DNA of 64,000 nt. Source: a bacterium (GTDB lineage: Bacteria; Actinomycetota; Acidimicrobiia; Spongiisociales; ZC4RG35). Of this stretch, positions 39,201-47,410 are shown piece after piece. The stretch lies in the NCBI GenBank assembly GCA_028824015.1, contig JAPPFC010000055.1, positions 109,083-173,082 of the forward strand. Reading direction: 5' to 3'. Below the pieces are notes generated by a model that was given only the letters and a program-made list of their open reading frames with translations, did not search any database and was not told the origin of the DNA. Within the stretch, counting starts at the first letter, position 1. Every line of letters starts with the position of its first letter. Both the position numbers and the translations under genes were made by a program.

Positions 39201-41079
39201 CTACGCAGGCCGGCTTCAGCAGCAATTCCTAGACGGAGACATCAACGCCCTGAGTTGTTCCACGACTTTCGAGTTGGGAGTTGACGTGGGAGAGGTCCAG
39301 GCAGTCCTCATGCGAAATGTCCCGCCATCGCCAGCAAACTACGTCCAACGTTCCGGCCGAGCTGGCAGACGGACGGGAACTCCGGCGCTGGCCGTTACCT
39401 TTGCACAGAGACGCAGTCACGACCTCCACTATTTTGATCGCCCTAACGCGTTAGTGGATGGCCATGTCACAACACCAATCGTTTCGCTCCGCAACCCCCA
39501 GATCGTGAGACGTCACATCCACGCTTTGGCGTTAGCAGCATTCGAACGTGCACATGTTAACTCCGGTGGTGAATGGCACAGGACCGTGGCTTCCTTTTTC
39601 ACCAGCACTACCGATGACCAGTTAGCGCCCGTCGATCAGTTTGCCGCCTGGCTGCGGTCGCATCCCGAAGAGGTCGGTGAGGCGGTAGGTCGAATCACTC
39701 CGCGGGACCTGTCCGATGAACTCGGAATCATGCATTGGTCCTGGGTCGAAGCCCTCACGGAGGAGGGCGAGATCGAGAACTTCGGCTGGCTCGAAAGAGC
39801 CAAAAAGGAAGTACAGTCGGACTTGGATCAAATCAATGCCGAACTGGACAAAGTCTCCGAGCGGATAGCTGACCTTCGCCGACAAAACCTGAACAGCCAG
39901 GCATCCAAACAGGCTGGCCTGCAAACTGCACTGTTCCGGATGAAAGCAACGCTCGAGCAGCGGCAACTAATCCAGTTTCTCGCACAGCGGGTGATCATCC
40001 CCAAATACGGATTCCCAGTTGATGTTGTATCCCTCGACATATGGAAACCGGGCGACGTCACCGCGCCACGGGTCGACCTATCCCGCGATCTCCGCCTCGG
40101 CATCACCGACTATGCGCCTGGCTCCCAGGTAGTAGCGGATAAGAGATTGTGGGAGCCCGTCGGGCTCCGCATCCCTGTAGGTAAAGCACTACTTGATCAC
40201 GTTTGGGCCATCTGTAAAACCTGCGAAGCGTTTCGAGCCCACAGAGGCAAGGAGACGGGCAGATGCAACGTGTGTTCCAGTCCGGACATCAGCCAGATGA
40301 GACCCTTCGTAATACCAATGTTCGGCTTCATCGGCGAACCTAGCAGTCAGAAGCCTGGGGAGACTCGTCCCCCTAAGGCTGGGTACTCCCATTTCTATTT
40401 CACCGATTACGCCACCGCCCCGCCCCACTACAAACCCATCCGAGTAGGGCAGAAGGAGGTATTGATCCGGTCCAGCCGCCAGGGCCAGATCACTGTGATC
40501 AACAAAGGGCCGGGTGGTAGCGGATTCCAGGTCTGCGGATCATGTGGACACACCGAGCCCGTTCCGAGCACCTCCACCAGAAGGAAGAAGAAACCGGTAC
40601 CCCACTCTCGACCGGGTCGCAGCACTAAATGCTCCTCGCTGCTAGGTAACCGACACCTCGGACATCAGTATCTGACCGATGTTGTAGAAGTCATCCTCCC
40701 GGTGTCTATGCAATGGACCGATGCCCTGAGCACGCTATATGCACTGCTGGCCGCCACCCACTCAATCGGCATCATAAGAAGTGATGTGGACGGCACCCTC
40801 CGCCCTTCCGGGCCCGACCAAACGCTATCGATCATTCTCTTTGACGCGGTACCGGGTGGAGCGGGACACACCAAAAGGATCGTCGACCGGTTTCCAGAAC
40901 TACTCAATGCGGCCTACGACGTGGTGGCGAACTGTGAGTGTGGCAGGGACTCAAGTTGCTACGGCTGTCTCCGAACATATTCCAACACCCTGTACCACGA
41001 TGAACTGGTCAGGGGTCGTGCACTATCGGCCATCGGTCAAGTTCTGACGCTGGACCGCCCCGGTCTTATCGGCGAGTAA
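36259..41079 (+). CDS. SF2 DEAD/DEAH helicase with multiple CxxC inserts and C-terminal DUF1998 (YprA/DruE-like)
   Basis: LYHHQ, TGTGSGKT, YPMNALANDQ, DEVH, SAT, FSDSRQDAA, TTFELGVDVG, QRSGRAGR, FDAVPGGAG..CEC..SCYGCL. Confidence 0.9.
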   Translation: MDTYFLNPLTASTRISDSYKRYLRSRHAPQDPQLRRDFYHALDNGFPLSRGPLLQASAPFETVSTIKELIDEGILNEGLSQLPSSAFPIDRPLYHHQNQAIRKLAAGRNLIIATGTGSGKTECFLFPILHHLLDERDAGTIHTAGVRSLLLYPMNALANDQMKRLRQILQAFPDITFGRFIGDTRDSYRKALDIYQDRFDCDPMPNELISRDQMRERPPHILLTNYAMLEYLLLRPADTRLFDGATGQHWRFIVLDEVHVYNGAQGAEIAMLLRRLRDRVNGSKRGLIQYVGTSATLGSEYEYPALAEYGQDLFDERLEYQPGAAMRQDIIGPVKRPLVQGQAMWTANPETFEDMSRQLAAGDTVSASLLSRIASMGAPQPAAGQDPLAYLGEALTTERHVVQLQGLLETRSIDLTEAADNLFGEGSEAALIHLLEASSRIETPRAEGPVIPSRYHFLLRALEGAFICQSPEHPSDRPRLRLNRHRTCPDCSEGGVTSQMFESGVCAKCGAAYLVGIRRPRGRSTFLESARPFTTNLTYLLLEEEVLTDDEDEAASVHDDLIAANVDKRVLCAACGSLTEGPESSCDCGVYQEVRVTVAHPSKPGEPLRRCLACSGRSNAPIVLRFLTGQDAPVSVIATALYQSIPPSSESGKKVKIGEGRKLLSFSDSRQDAAFFAPYLDRTYSRAIERRLIWQVAQRLHELSPRFEDLVTPIRRDAESALVLDEDDGPLRNTTRVRTWLMREVLAVDRRQSLDGVGLAEITFALPRGLSEVPALTELGFTRDETFDLARVLFDTLRMQGAVHLPEGVDITDPIFAPRNVVTTVRLEKRGPRILSWLPGAGLNRRLDYLRKVLTRRGIERDARELLEQMWTRWIAKPNGPWSKVLTRVDSKRHGITLAMNPEWVTMRLPTDEAPAFRCGLCRQIWWRSISNVCPTYTCEGVLEPFTTPTAQRDEHYRHLYTTLDPIGLRVEEHTGQLDATYAGRLQQQFLDGDINALSCSTTFELGVDVGEVQAVLMRNVPPSPANYVQRSGRAGRRTGTPALAVTFAQRRSHDLHYFDRPNALVDGHVTTPIVSLRNPQIVRRHIHALALAAFERAHVNSGGEWHRTVASFFTSTTDDQLAPVDQFAAWLRSHPEEVGEAVGRITPRDLSDELGIMHWSWVEALTEEGEIENFGWLERAKKEVQSDLDQINAELDKVSERIADLRRQNLNSQASKQAGLQTALFRMKATLEQRQLIQFLAQRVIIPKYGFPVDVVSLDIWKPGDVTAPRVDLSRDLRLGITDYAPGSQVVADKRLWEPVGLRIPVGKALLDHVWAICKTCEAFRAHRGKETGRCNVCSSPDISQMRPFVIPMFGFIGEPSSQKPGETRPPKAGYSHFYFTDYATAPPHYKPIRVGQKEVLIRSSRQGQITVINKGPGGSGFQVCGSCGHTEPVPSTSTRRKKKPVPHSRPGRSTKCSSLLGNRHLGHQYLTDVVEVILPVSMQWTDALSTLYALLAATHSIGIIRSDVDGTLRPSGPDQTLSIILFDAVPGGAGHTKRIVDRFPELLNAAYDVVANCECGRDSSCYGCLRTYSNTLYHDELVRGRALSAIGQVLTLDRPGLIGE

Positions 41080-41160
41080 GGTGTGCACCCACTTTCGTGG
41101 AGTCGGGATTGTTGAATGAGTTTGCCCTTCCAGACATACTTCCATATGATGGGCGGACCC

Positions 41161-41766
41161 TCACCTCAAGACCGAGTACCCACTGACACTGGCTGACCAC
41201 CGCGCCACGGTGGAGAGCAGTATGTCGTACTGGTCCATCAATACCAGGACCCCCATAGCCGCCAAGACCGTCTTGGCCGCCAATGCCACCCACCGCCCGT
41301 CCATCCACCGGCGAATGGCAGGAACATAGGACAGCAAGGCCATCACCGCCACCAGGGGAATCATCACCCCCACCAGGTACACGGCCAATAACAGGAGCGC
41401 CACGCCCGGCTCATCCCGCGCCTGGGTGAGTACCGTTCCCAGTTCCTCTCCCACACATGGAAACCAAGTGGCGCCTGCGAACGTCCCAAGGAGAGCCGAT
41501 CCGGCCAGGCCGGCGATCCGGCGGTTCACCATCAACGCGAGCGCCAGACCCCCGATGACGAGCAGGACGGTCGCCGCCCGACCGGCCAGGAGATTGGAGA
41601 TACCCGCTGCCCTGATCCAGGCCGAGAGGATGGTGAACCCGGCAAACACGCCCAGCGCCCCCATGCGGTCCTTTCTTCTCAGCACCACCAGCGCCAGGCC
41701 CACCAGCAGGACGGAGTAGGAACAAGCTACAACGCTCGAGCGGATCCCCTCCGCGAAGAGGCTCAC
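41161..41766 (-). CDS. CcdA/DsbD-type disulfide-transfer membrane protein
   Basis: Hydrophobic; two TM cysteines (VACS, WFPCVG); GTGA-coupled to redoxin. Confidence 0.65.
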   Translation of the reverse strand: MSLFAEGIRSSVVACSYSVLLVGLALVVLRRKDRMGALGVFAGFTILSAWIRAAGISNLLAGRAATVLLVIGGLALALMVNRRIAGLAGSALLGTFAGATWFPCVGEELGTVLTQARDEPGVALLLLAVYLVGVMIPLVAVMALLSYVPAIRRWMDGRWVALAAKTVLAAMGVLVLMDQYDILLSTVARWSASVSGYSVLR

Positions 41767-42506
41767 ATCTCCTCCGAGAGCAGGAAAGCCACGGTCTGCT
41801 CCAACTCGCGGTACTTGCCCTCCCCGATGTGGTCGAAGCGGACCCGGCCTTCCCGGTCCAGCACGTAGGTACGGGGCCAATAGGCCGTGCCGCCCGCCTG
41901 CCACTCCCAGAAGGTCCGGCGTCTGGTGTCCAGCACCACCGGCCAGGTGACCCCCAGGTCAATCAATGCTTTCTTGATGTTGTCCACGTCTTCTTCGTAC
42001 TTGAACTCCGGGGAATGGATGCCGACGATCTCCAAACCCTGATCGCGGTACTTGGCGTACATCTCCTGGGTGTAGGGGATGCGGTTCTTGCAGTTGTAGC
42101 AGCCGAAGGTCCAGAACTCCACCACGACCACCTTGCCGCGCAACTCCTCGAGTGTCTCGACCTGCGACTGCAGCCAGCCATCGATGTCCACCAGCCGGGG
42201 GTGGACCTCTCCCAGCACCTCCGGGGTTGGGAAAGTGGTGGTGGTTGTTGTAGGAGCGGCAGTGGTGGTAGTGGGGACAGTGGTAGCCGGGACGGTCGTC
42301 GCGGCGGTTACCGCAGCAGTGTCCTGCTCTTCGGCGACCGGGGCGACGTCCTGTTCCTCGTCCGCAGCCGTGGTTGACGCCGGCGAGGCGGCGGTCGTCG
42401 CCGGCGCCGCCTCCTGAGGGTCTTCACCGACCAGCCAGGTCCACCCCAGGGCGATCACCCCCGCGGCGAGGACGGCCAGCAGAACAAGGCGCGAATCGAT
42501 CCTCAT
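41763..42506 (-). CDS. Membrane-anchored redoxin (DipZ thioredoxin-like domain)
   Basis: N-term TM, Thr-rich linker, LRGKVVVVEFWTFGCYNC, GIHSPEF, YWP. Confidence 0.85.
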   Translation of the reverse strand: MRIDSRLVLLAVLAAGVIALGWTWLVGEDPQEAAPATTAASPASTTAADEEQDVAPVAEEQDTAAVTAATTVPATTVPTTTTAAPTTTTTTFPTPEVLGEVHPRLVDIDGWLQSQVETLEELRGKVVVVEFWTFGCYNCKNRIPYTQEMYAKYRDQGLEIVGIHSPEFKYEEDVDNIKKALIDLGVTWPVVLDTRRRTFWEWQAGGTAYWPRTYVLDREGRVRFDHIGEGKYRELEQTVAFLLSEEM

Positions 42507-42561
42507 CACCGCAGAAACTAGCGAGACCTGAGCGCCAACTCTCCTCCGAAACAACCCCTGT

Positions 42562-43677
42562 TCACGGGTCCAGGCCTGCCAGGGCCATTTCCTCCCTTAC
42601 CTCGGGGGATCTTTCCCGAGAAGCAGCGTGGCGGATGAACATCTCCGCTCGGCGCGTGGACAGCCTCACTCCCAAGCGATGGACCGCCCACACCGCATGC
42701 AGTCGAAGCATCCAGTCGGGACTGCCCAGATAGCCGGCGACAAGATCGAGGTGTTCTGCCGTCCCGGTGTTGCCCAGGGCCACCAGCGCGTTGCGGCGCA
42801 GCACGCGGGGTCGGCGGGAGGGGAGATAGAAGTGCCCGAACCGGTTGATCAGATCCCGATCCGGGGTCCGCAGGAGCTCCACCAGGTCCACCGATCCCCG
42901 GTGGGAAGCAGCTCGATCCAGCAGACGAGAGCCGGGCGGGCAGGCCGTCAGACACTCGTCACACCCGTACAGGCGGTCCTCCAGAAAGGGGCGCAGATCG
43001 CGGGGTATGACTCCCGGACTCTGAGCCAGCGCCGCCAGGCACAGCCGGGCATCCAGTACGCCGGGCGCCACCAGGGCCCCGGTCGGGCAGGCGGGAAGGC
43101 ATGCCGTGCAACTCCCGCAGTTCCGCTCCATCAGCCCCGAGACCGGCAATGGGGCGTCGGTGACTACCGATCCGATCAGAAACCAGGGTCCCACTCCCGG
43201 CGCCAGGACCATGGTGCTCTTGCCCCACCACCCCACGCCGGCTCTCACCGCCGCCGCGCGGTCCACCAGGCGCGAATCGTCAACCAGCACCTCGGAGAGG
43301 AACCCGGCCTCCCCCAGTTCGAGGGCCAGTCTCTCCAGGCCCGACCGGAGGGGCTGGTAGGCGTCGGTGACCGCGAAACGGGCTACCCGCCCCCGACCGG
43401 GCAGGACCGCGCCCGGATCGCCTGCATCGGGAAGGTAGGACCGGATCCCCACCACCAGTCGTTCTGCCCAGGGGAAAGAACGGCGGATGTCGGTGGAGAC
43501 GTCCGGGTCGGTGAAGGTGAAACCCAGCCGCGCCGACATCCCCGCGGCTTTGCGGGAACGGATGGTGATCCGGGTCGAGGAGAAGGGGTCGGCGGTGCAA
43601 ACCCCGACCCGGTCCAGTCCTGCCTCGGCGGCCAGGGCGATCAGACGGGCCGTCAGACCGGCGAGTTCGCCATCCAC
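42562..43677 (-). CDS. queG: Epoxyqueuosine reductase
   Basis: AGVGWWGK, CGSCTACLPACPTGA, LDARLC, GCDECLTACP, RRNALVALGN. Confidence 0.9.
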   Translation of the reverse strand: MDGELAGLTARLIALAAEAGLDRVGVCTADPFSSTRITIRSRKAAGMSARLGFTFTDPDVSTDIRRSFPWAERLVVGIRSYLPDAGDPGAVLPGRGRVARFAVTDAYQPLRSGLERLALELGEAGFLSEVLVDDSRLVDRAAAVRAGVGWWGKSTMVLAPGVGPWFLIGSVVTDAPLPVSGLMERNCGSCTACLPACPTGALVAPGVLDARLCLAALAQSPGVIPRDLRPFLEDRLYGCDECLTACPPGSRLLDRAASHRGSVDLVELLRTPDRDLINRFGHFYLPSRRPRVLRRNALVALGNTGTAEHLDLVAGYLGSPDWMLRLHAVWAVHRLGVRLSTRRAEMFIRHAASRERSPEVREEMALAGLDP

Positions 43678-44909
43678 TCCGCCAACGCCTCCGAAGCCAG
43701 AATGAGCGCACCGTACGTCCGGCACCGTTCCGCCAGACCGTTGTCGCTGGTTATCACCGCCACCCGCTCCCCGGCCCGACCGGCGGCTTCCCTGGCGATG
43801 GCGTCATCGGCGTCCTCCACATAGAAACCGGTGAGGCGCCGGCTTTTGAATCGGTTGTCCCAGTCGGGGTCCAGCCCGCTCACATGCCGGGAGTCCAGGT
43901 AGAAGAGCACCTGGTGGCGGCCGACCGAGTACTCGGCCAGATTGTCCAGTTTGTTGGTGATGAACCCGATCGTCCGCAAGTCCGGTTTGCCGGGGATGAG
44001 CCGGTGAGAGTTCCAGTAGTGGGCGGCGTTCCACCCGTCCACCACCAGGATGAGCCGGGGAGCCTCGTAATAGATCCACTGCAACGCCCCGGGAGACTTG
44101 GGATCCAATCCCGGTGGAAGCTCAAGCAGCGGGGGGCGGAACTCGTCCTGGTCTGACAGGGAATCCGCGCCCACCTCCCAGTAGCTCACCATCTGATCCA
44201 GCATCCGAGCCGCTTCCAGGGGATCCCGGCTGAATCCGACCTCCGCTCCGGAGCCGACGCTCGACCGAGCAGGGATTTGCTTCGTCTTCAAGCTGTATCG
44301 CTTACGCAGTTCCTCGTATCGACGGTCGGCCTCGGTCAGTTCATCCCAGGCTGCATTGGTCTCCCTCTCCCATCTGGCTGACTTTCTGCTCTCTTCTGAG
44401 ACCTGTCTCTCCAGTTGGCAGTTTCGCTCTCTGGCGCGGCTCAGGTCCCTTCTCAACTGATTGGTGCGCTGTCGAGTGCTCTTCTCAGCCAACCGCCGCT
44501 GTTCAGCCAACTGGTTCTTGAGCGATCTCAACTCCGACTGAGCCTCCTCAAGGCTCGCCCTGAGCCCGTCGGCGTCCATTCGGGCCTCCCGCCGCTCGAT
44601 CTCGGCCAGATGGCCTCGGGCACGGAACTCCCACCCCTCCGACCTCTCCAGAAACAGGACCGAGGCGGCGGTGCGGGGGTCGGTGCTGTTCTCTCTTGCA
44701 GCGTCCCAACCACTGAGGGTGGTTTCGCGAAAGTCCGGATCTCTGTCGAGTTCCCGGTAAATGGTCTGGGCCTCGATGGGCGTAAGCCTCCGCGACGAAG
44801 AACTGCGGGTCCTGCGGAGAGTGTGAGGAACCTCGTCAGGTCGCATCGCTCTTATAACCCTTCGAGCCTCCTCCAAAGCCAACCGGAAGTCTTCAGGCCG
44901 AAATTTCAT
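43653..44909 (-). CDS. Coiled-coil protein with C-terminal NYN (YacP-like) RNase domain
   Basis: LVVDGWN, DADDAI, VITSD acidic motifs; central heptad-rich region. Confidence 0.72.
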   Translation of the reverse strand: MKFRPEDFRLALEEARRVIRAMRPDEVPHTLRRTRSSSSRRLTPIEAQTIYRELDRDPDFRETTLSGWDAARENSTDPRTAASVLFLERSEGWEFRARGHLAEIERREARMDADGLRASLEEAQSELRSLKNQLAEQRRLAEKSTRQRTNQLRRDLSRARERNCQLERQVSEESRKSARWERETNAAWDELTEADRRYEELRKRYSLKTKQIPARSSVGSGAEVGFSRDPLEAARMLDQMVSYWEVGADSLSDQDEFRPPLLELPPGLDPKSPGALQWIYYEAPRLILVVDGWNAAHYWNSHRLIPGKPDLRTIGFITNKLDNLAEYSVGRHQVLFYLDSRHVSGLDPDWDNRFKSRRLTGFYVEDADDAIAREAAGRAGERVAVITSDNGLAERCRTYGALILASEALAEWMANSPV

Positions 44910-45007
44910 TGATCAACGGGCTTCCTTCATGCTCCTTAAAGATAAGGCCGCGGCCGCTGCTAGCACTTCCGCAGTGGTCGAAGGAGCATCAATTCCCCCT
45001 ATTCGAG

Positions 45008-45036
45008 TTGCAAGGTTGCGAACGAGAGACCATAAT
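45008..45036 (+). promoter_or_regulatory. Sigma70-type promoter of ilv leader
   Basis: TTGCAA (45008-13), 17-bp spacer, CATAAT (45031-36). Confidence 0.7.
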
Positions 45037-45045
45037 GTCCAATCA

Positions 45046-45081
45046 ATGAGAAATATCCACCTGTTGCTGGTACTCGAATAG
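45046..45081 (+). CDS. ilvB operon leader peptide MRNIHLLLVLE
   Basis: 11-aa uORF with 6 Ile/Leu/Val codons, immediately before hairpins and ilvB. Confidence 0.8.
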   Translation: MRNIHLLLVLE

Positions 45082-45109
45082 CGTACGCGCAAAGACCGCG
45101 TGTGCGCTG

Positions 45110-45141
45110 AATCCCTCCCCCAAAAGGAGGGATTTCTCTTT
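45110..45141 (+). terminator. Attenuator terminator of ilv leader
   Basis: AATCCCTCC-loop-GGAGGGATT perfect 9-bp stem followed by TCTCTTT. Confidence 0.8.
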
Positions 45142-45164
45142 ATAAGCCTCACGAAAGCCACACC

Positions 45165-46868
45165 ATGACAACCATCACCGGATCGCATTCGGTCATCTCC
45201 TCGCTGGAGCACGAGGGCGTCGATCTGATATTCGGCATTCCCGGTGGAGCAATCCTCCCCGCTTACGACCCTCTTTACTCCAGCCCTATCCGCCACATCC
45301 TGGCCCGCCACGAACAAGGCGCCGGCCACATGGCAGCCGGTTACGCGTGGGCCACCGGGCGCGTGGGCGTGTGCGTAGCCACATCGGGACCGGGGGCGAC
45401 CAACTTGGTGACTCCCCTGGCGGACGCCCTGATGGACTCCGTGCCCATGGTCGCCATCACCGGCCAGGTCCCCACCCACGCGGTCGGCAACGACGCCTTC
45501 CAGGAGGCTTACACGGTCGGGATCACCATGCCTGCCACCAAACACAACTACTTCGTCACCGATCCCGATGAGATCCCAACGGTCATCCACCAAGCCTTTC
45601 ACCTTGCCTCCTCCGGTCGGCCGGGGCCGGTGTTGATCGATCTGCCCAAGGATGTGCTGAATCAGGAGACCGAGTGGCATCCACCCCAGGACCTGGAACT
45701 TCCCGGCTACAAACCCACCTTGGACGGCCATCCGCGGCGGGTGAAGGAGGCCGTCGAGATGCTGGCGGCCAGCCGGCGACCGGTGCTGTACGTGGGGGGA
45801 GGCATCATCAAGTCGGAGGCCTCCGAGGCGCTGACCCGGTTCGCGGAGATCTCCAATATCCCGGTGGTGACCACCCTGATGGGAAGGGGCGCCATCCCCG
45901 ACAGCCATCCGCTGTGTCTGGGGATGCCGGGGATGCATGGCAACTACACAGCCATCACCTCCATGCAGAAGTGCGACGTTCTGGCCGCCTTCGGGGTCCG
46001 CTTCGATGACCGGGTGACCGGCGATCCCGACCACTTCGCGGTCGACGCCAAAATCATCCACGCCGACATCGACCCGGCCGAGATAGGAAAGGTGCGAGCC
46101 CCGGACGTACCGATCGTGGCAGATGCCCGCCGGGTGCTGACCCAGATGATCAAAGCCTGGGGGGACCGCCCTCCGGTGGCCAATCAGGAGTGGCTGGACA
46201 CCCTCAGGGAATGGCAGACCGAGTATCCGCTCTCCTACGACCAGCAACCGGACGGCCCGATCAAGCCCCAGTTCGTAATAGAGGAGTTGGCCAGGGTGAC
46301 CGGAGGGGACGCCATCCTGGTGGCGGGAGTGGGCCAACATCAGATGTGGGCTTCGCAATTCTGGGGTTTCGATCAGCCGCGGCGCTGGATCAACTCCGGG
46401 GGCCTGGGAACCATGGGTTTCGCCGTGCCGGCAGCGATCGGCGCCAAGGCGGGGATGCCGGACGAACTCGTCTATGCAGTGGACGGAGACGGGTGCTTTC
46501 AGATGACCTTCCAGGAATTGATCGCCGCCGCCGCCCACCAGATCCCCGTCAAGGTGGCTGTCTTCAACAACGGCGCCCACGGCATGGTCAAGCAGTGGCA
46601 GAAGCTCTTCTACGGGGGACGGCTCTCGGCAAGCCTGCTCAATTCCGAGGTCGTGGACTACGTGAAACTGGCTGAGGGAATGGGCTGCATCGGGTTGAGG
46701 GCGGAGGCGCCGGAGGAAGTGGGCCCCATCCTCGAGAAGTCCCTGACCATCGACGACCGCCCGGTGGTGGTGGAGATGGTGGTCGACCCCGACGAGATGG
46801 TGTTCCCGATGGTCCCAGCCGGAGGCTCCAACGACAACGTGATCCTGGGACCGGAGCGGGGGGACTGA
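45165..46868 (+). CDS. ilvB: Acetolactate synthase large subunit
   Basis: FGIPGGA, RHEQGA, TSGPGATN, GVGQHQMW, SGGLGTMG, GDGCFQMT. Confidence 0.97.
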   Translation: MTTITGSHSVISSLEHEGVDLIFGIPGGAILPAYDPLYSSPIRHILARHEQGAGHMAAGYAWATGRVGVCVATSGPGATNLVTPLADALMDSVPMVAITGQVPTHAVGNDAFQEAYTVGITMPATKHNYFVTDPDEIPTVIHQAFHLASSGRPGPVLIDLPKDVLNQETEWHPPQDLELPGYKPTLDGHPRRVKEAVEMLAASRRPVLYVGGGIIKSEASEALTRFAEISNIPVVTTLMGRGAIPDSHPLCLGMPGMHGNYTAITSMQKCDVLAAFGVRFDDRVTGDPDHFAVDAKIIHADIDPAEIGKVRAPDVPIVADARRVLTQMIKAWGDRPPVANQEWLDTLREWQTEYPLSYDQQPDGPIKPQFVIEELARVTGGDAILVAGVGQHQMWASQFWGFDQPRRWINSGGLGTMGFAVPAAIGAKAGMPDELVYAVDGDGCFQMTFQELIAAAAHQIPVKVAVFNNGAHGMVKQWQKLFYGGRLSASLLNSEVVDYVKLAEGMGCIGLRAEAPEEVGPILEKSLTIDDRPVVVEMVVDPDEMVFPMVPAGGSNDNVILGPERGD

Positions 46869-46870
46869 CA

Positions 46871-47395
46871 GTGAGAACACTTTCACATCCTCCCCGCCAT
46901 ACGTTGAGCCTGGTTGTTGAGAATCGCCCCGGAGTGTTGGCCCGGGTGTCCTCCTGCCTGGCCCGCCGAGGGTTCAACATCCATTCGCTGGCCGTGGGTC
47001 CAACCATCGATCCGGGCCTCTCCCGCATTACTGTGGTCGTGGAGTCCGAGAACATCGAACAGGTGAAAAAGCAGCTCCACAAGCTGATCAATGTGATCAG
47101 GATTTTCGAACTCGAGCCGTCCATGGCCGTGGAGCGAGAGACCATGCTGATCCGTGTTGCGGTCACCGGTACCGCTCGTACCGAGGCAATCGAGGTAGCC
47201 AATATCTTCAAAGCGACCGTGGTGGACGTGGGCTACAGCAGTCTCACCTTCGAAGTAACGGGTCGACCTGCGAAACTGAACGACCTCATCGAGTTGCTGC
47301 GACCGTTCGGTGTGGTGGAACTGGTCAAGTCGGGGCGGATTGCCATCGGGCGGGCCGCCAAGAGCAAGCCCTCCCGGATGAGGGCGGTGGGATAG
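46871..47395 (+). CDS. ilvN: Acetolactate synthase small subunit
   Basis: VENRPGVLARV, RRGFNIHSLAVG, KQLHKLINV. Confidence 0.96.
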   Translation: MRTLSHPPRHTLSLVVENRPGVLARVSSCLARRGFNIHSLAVGPTIDPGLSRITVVVESENIEQVKKQLHKLINVIRIFELEPSMAVERETMLIRVAVTGTARTEAIEVANIFKATVVDVGYSSLTFEVTGRPAKLNDLIELLRPFGVVELVKSGRIAIGRAAKSKPSRMRAVG

Positions 47396-47410
47396 GCGGT
47401 GAGAGCATAA

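Noticed and set aside
32868-41079. DISARM system
   Set aside because: Helicase and DUF1998 are in one protein; no methyltransferase, PLD (DrmC) or SNF2 gene is present
32540-41160. Terminal inverted repeats or att sites around the island (ATTCAAC...CCGAC similarity)
   Set aside because: Match is short with inconsistent spacing; no target duplication, integrase or transposase
36259-43677. Dpd (7-deazaguanine DNA modification) system suggested by DUF1998 helicase near queG
   Set aside because: QueG performs the last tRNA queuosine step; no dpdA/B/C or queC/D/E/folE is seen and queG sits in the host-like GC region
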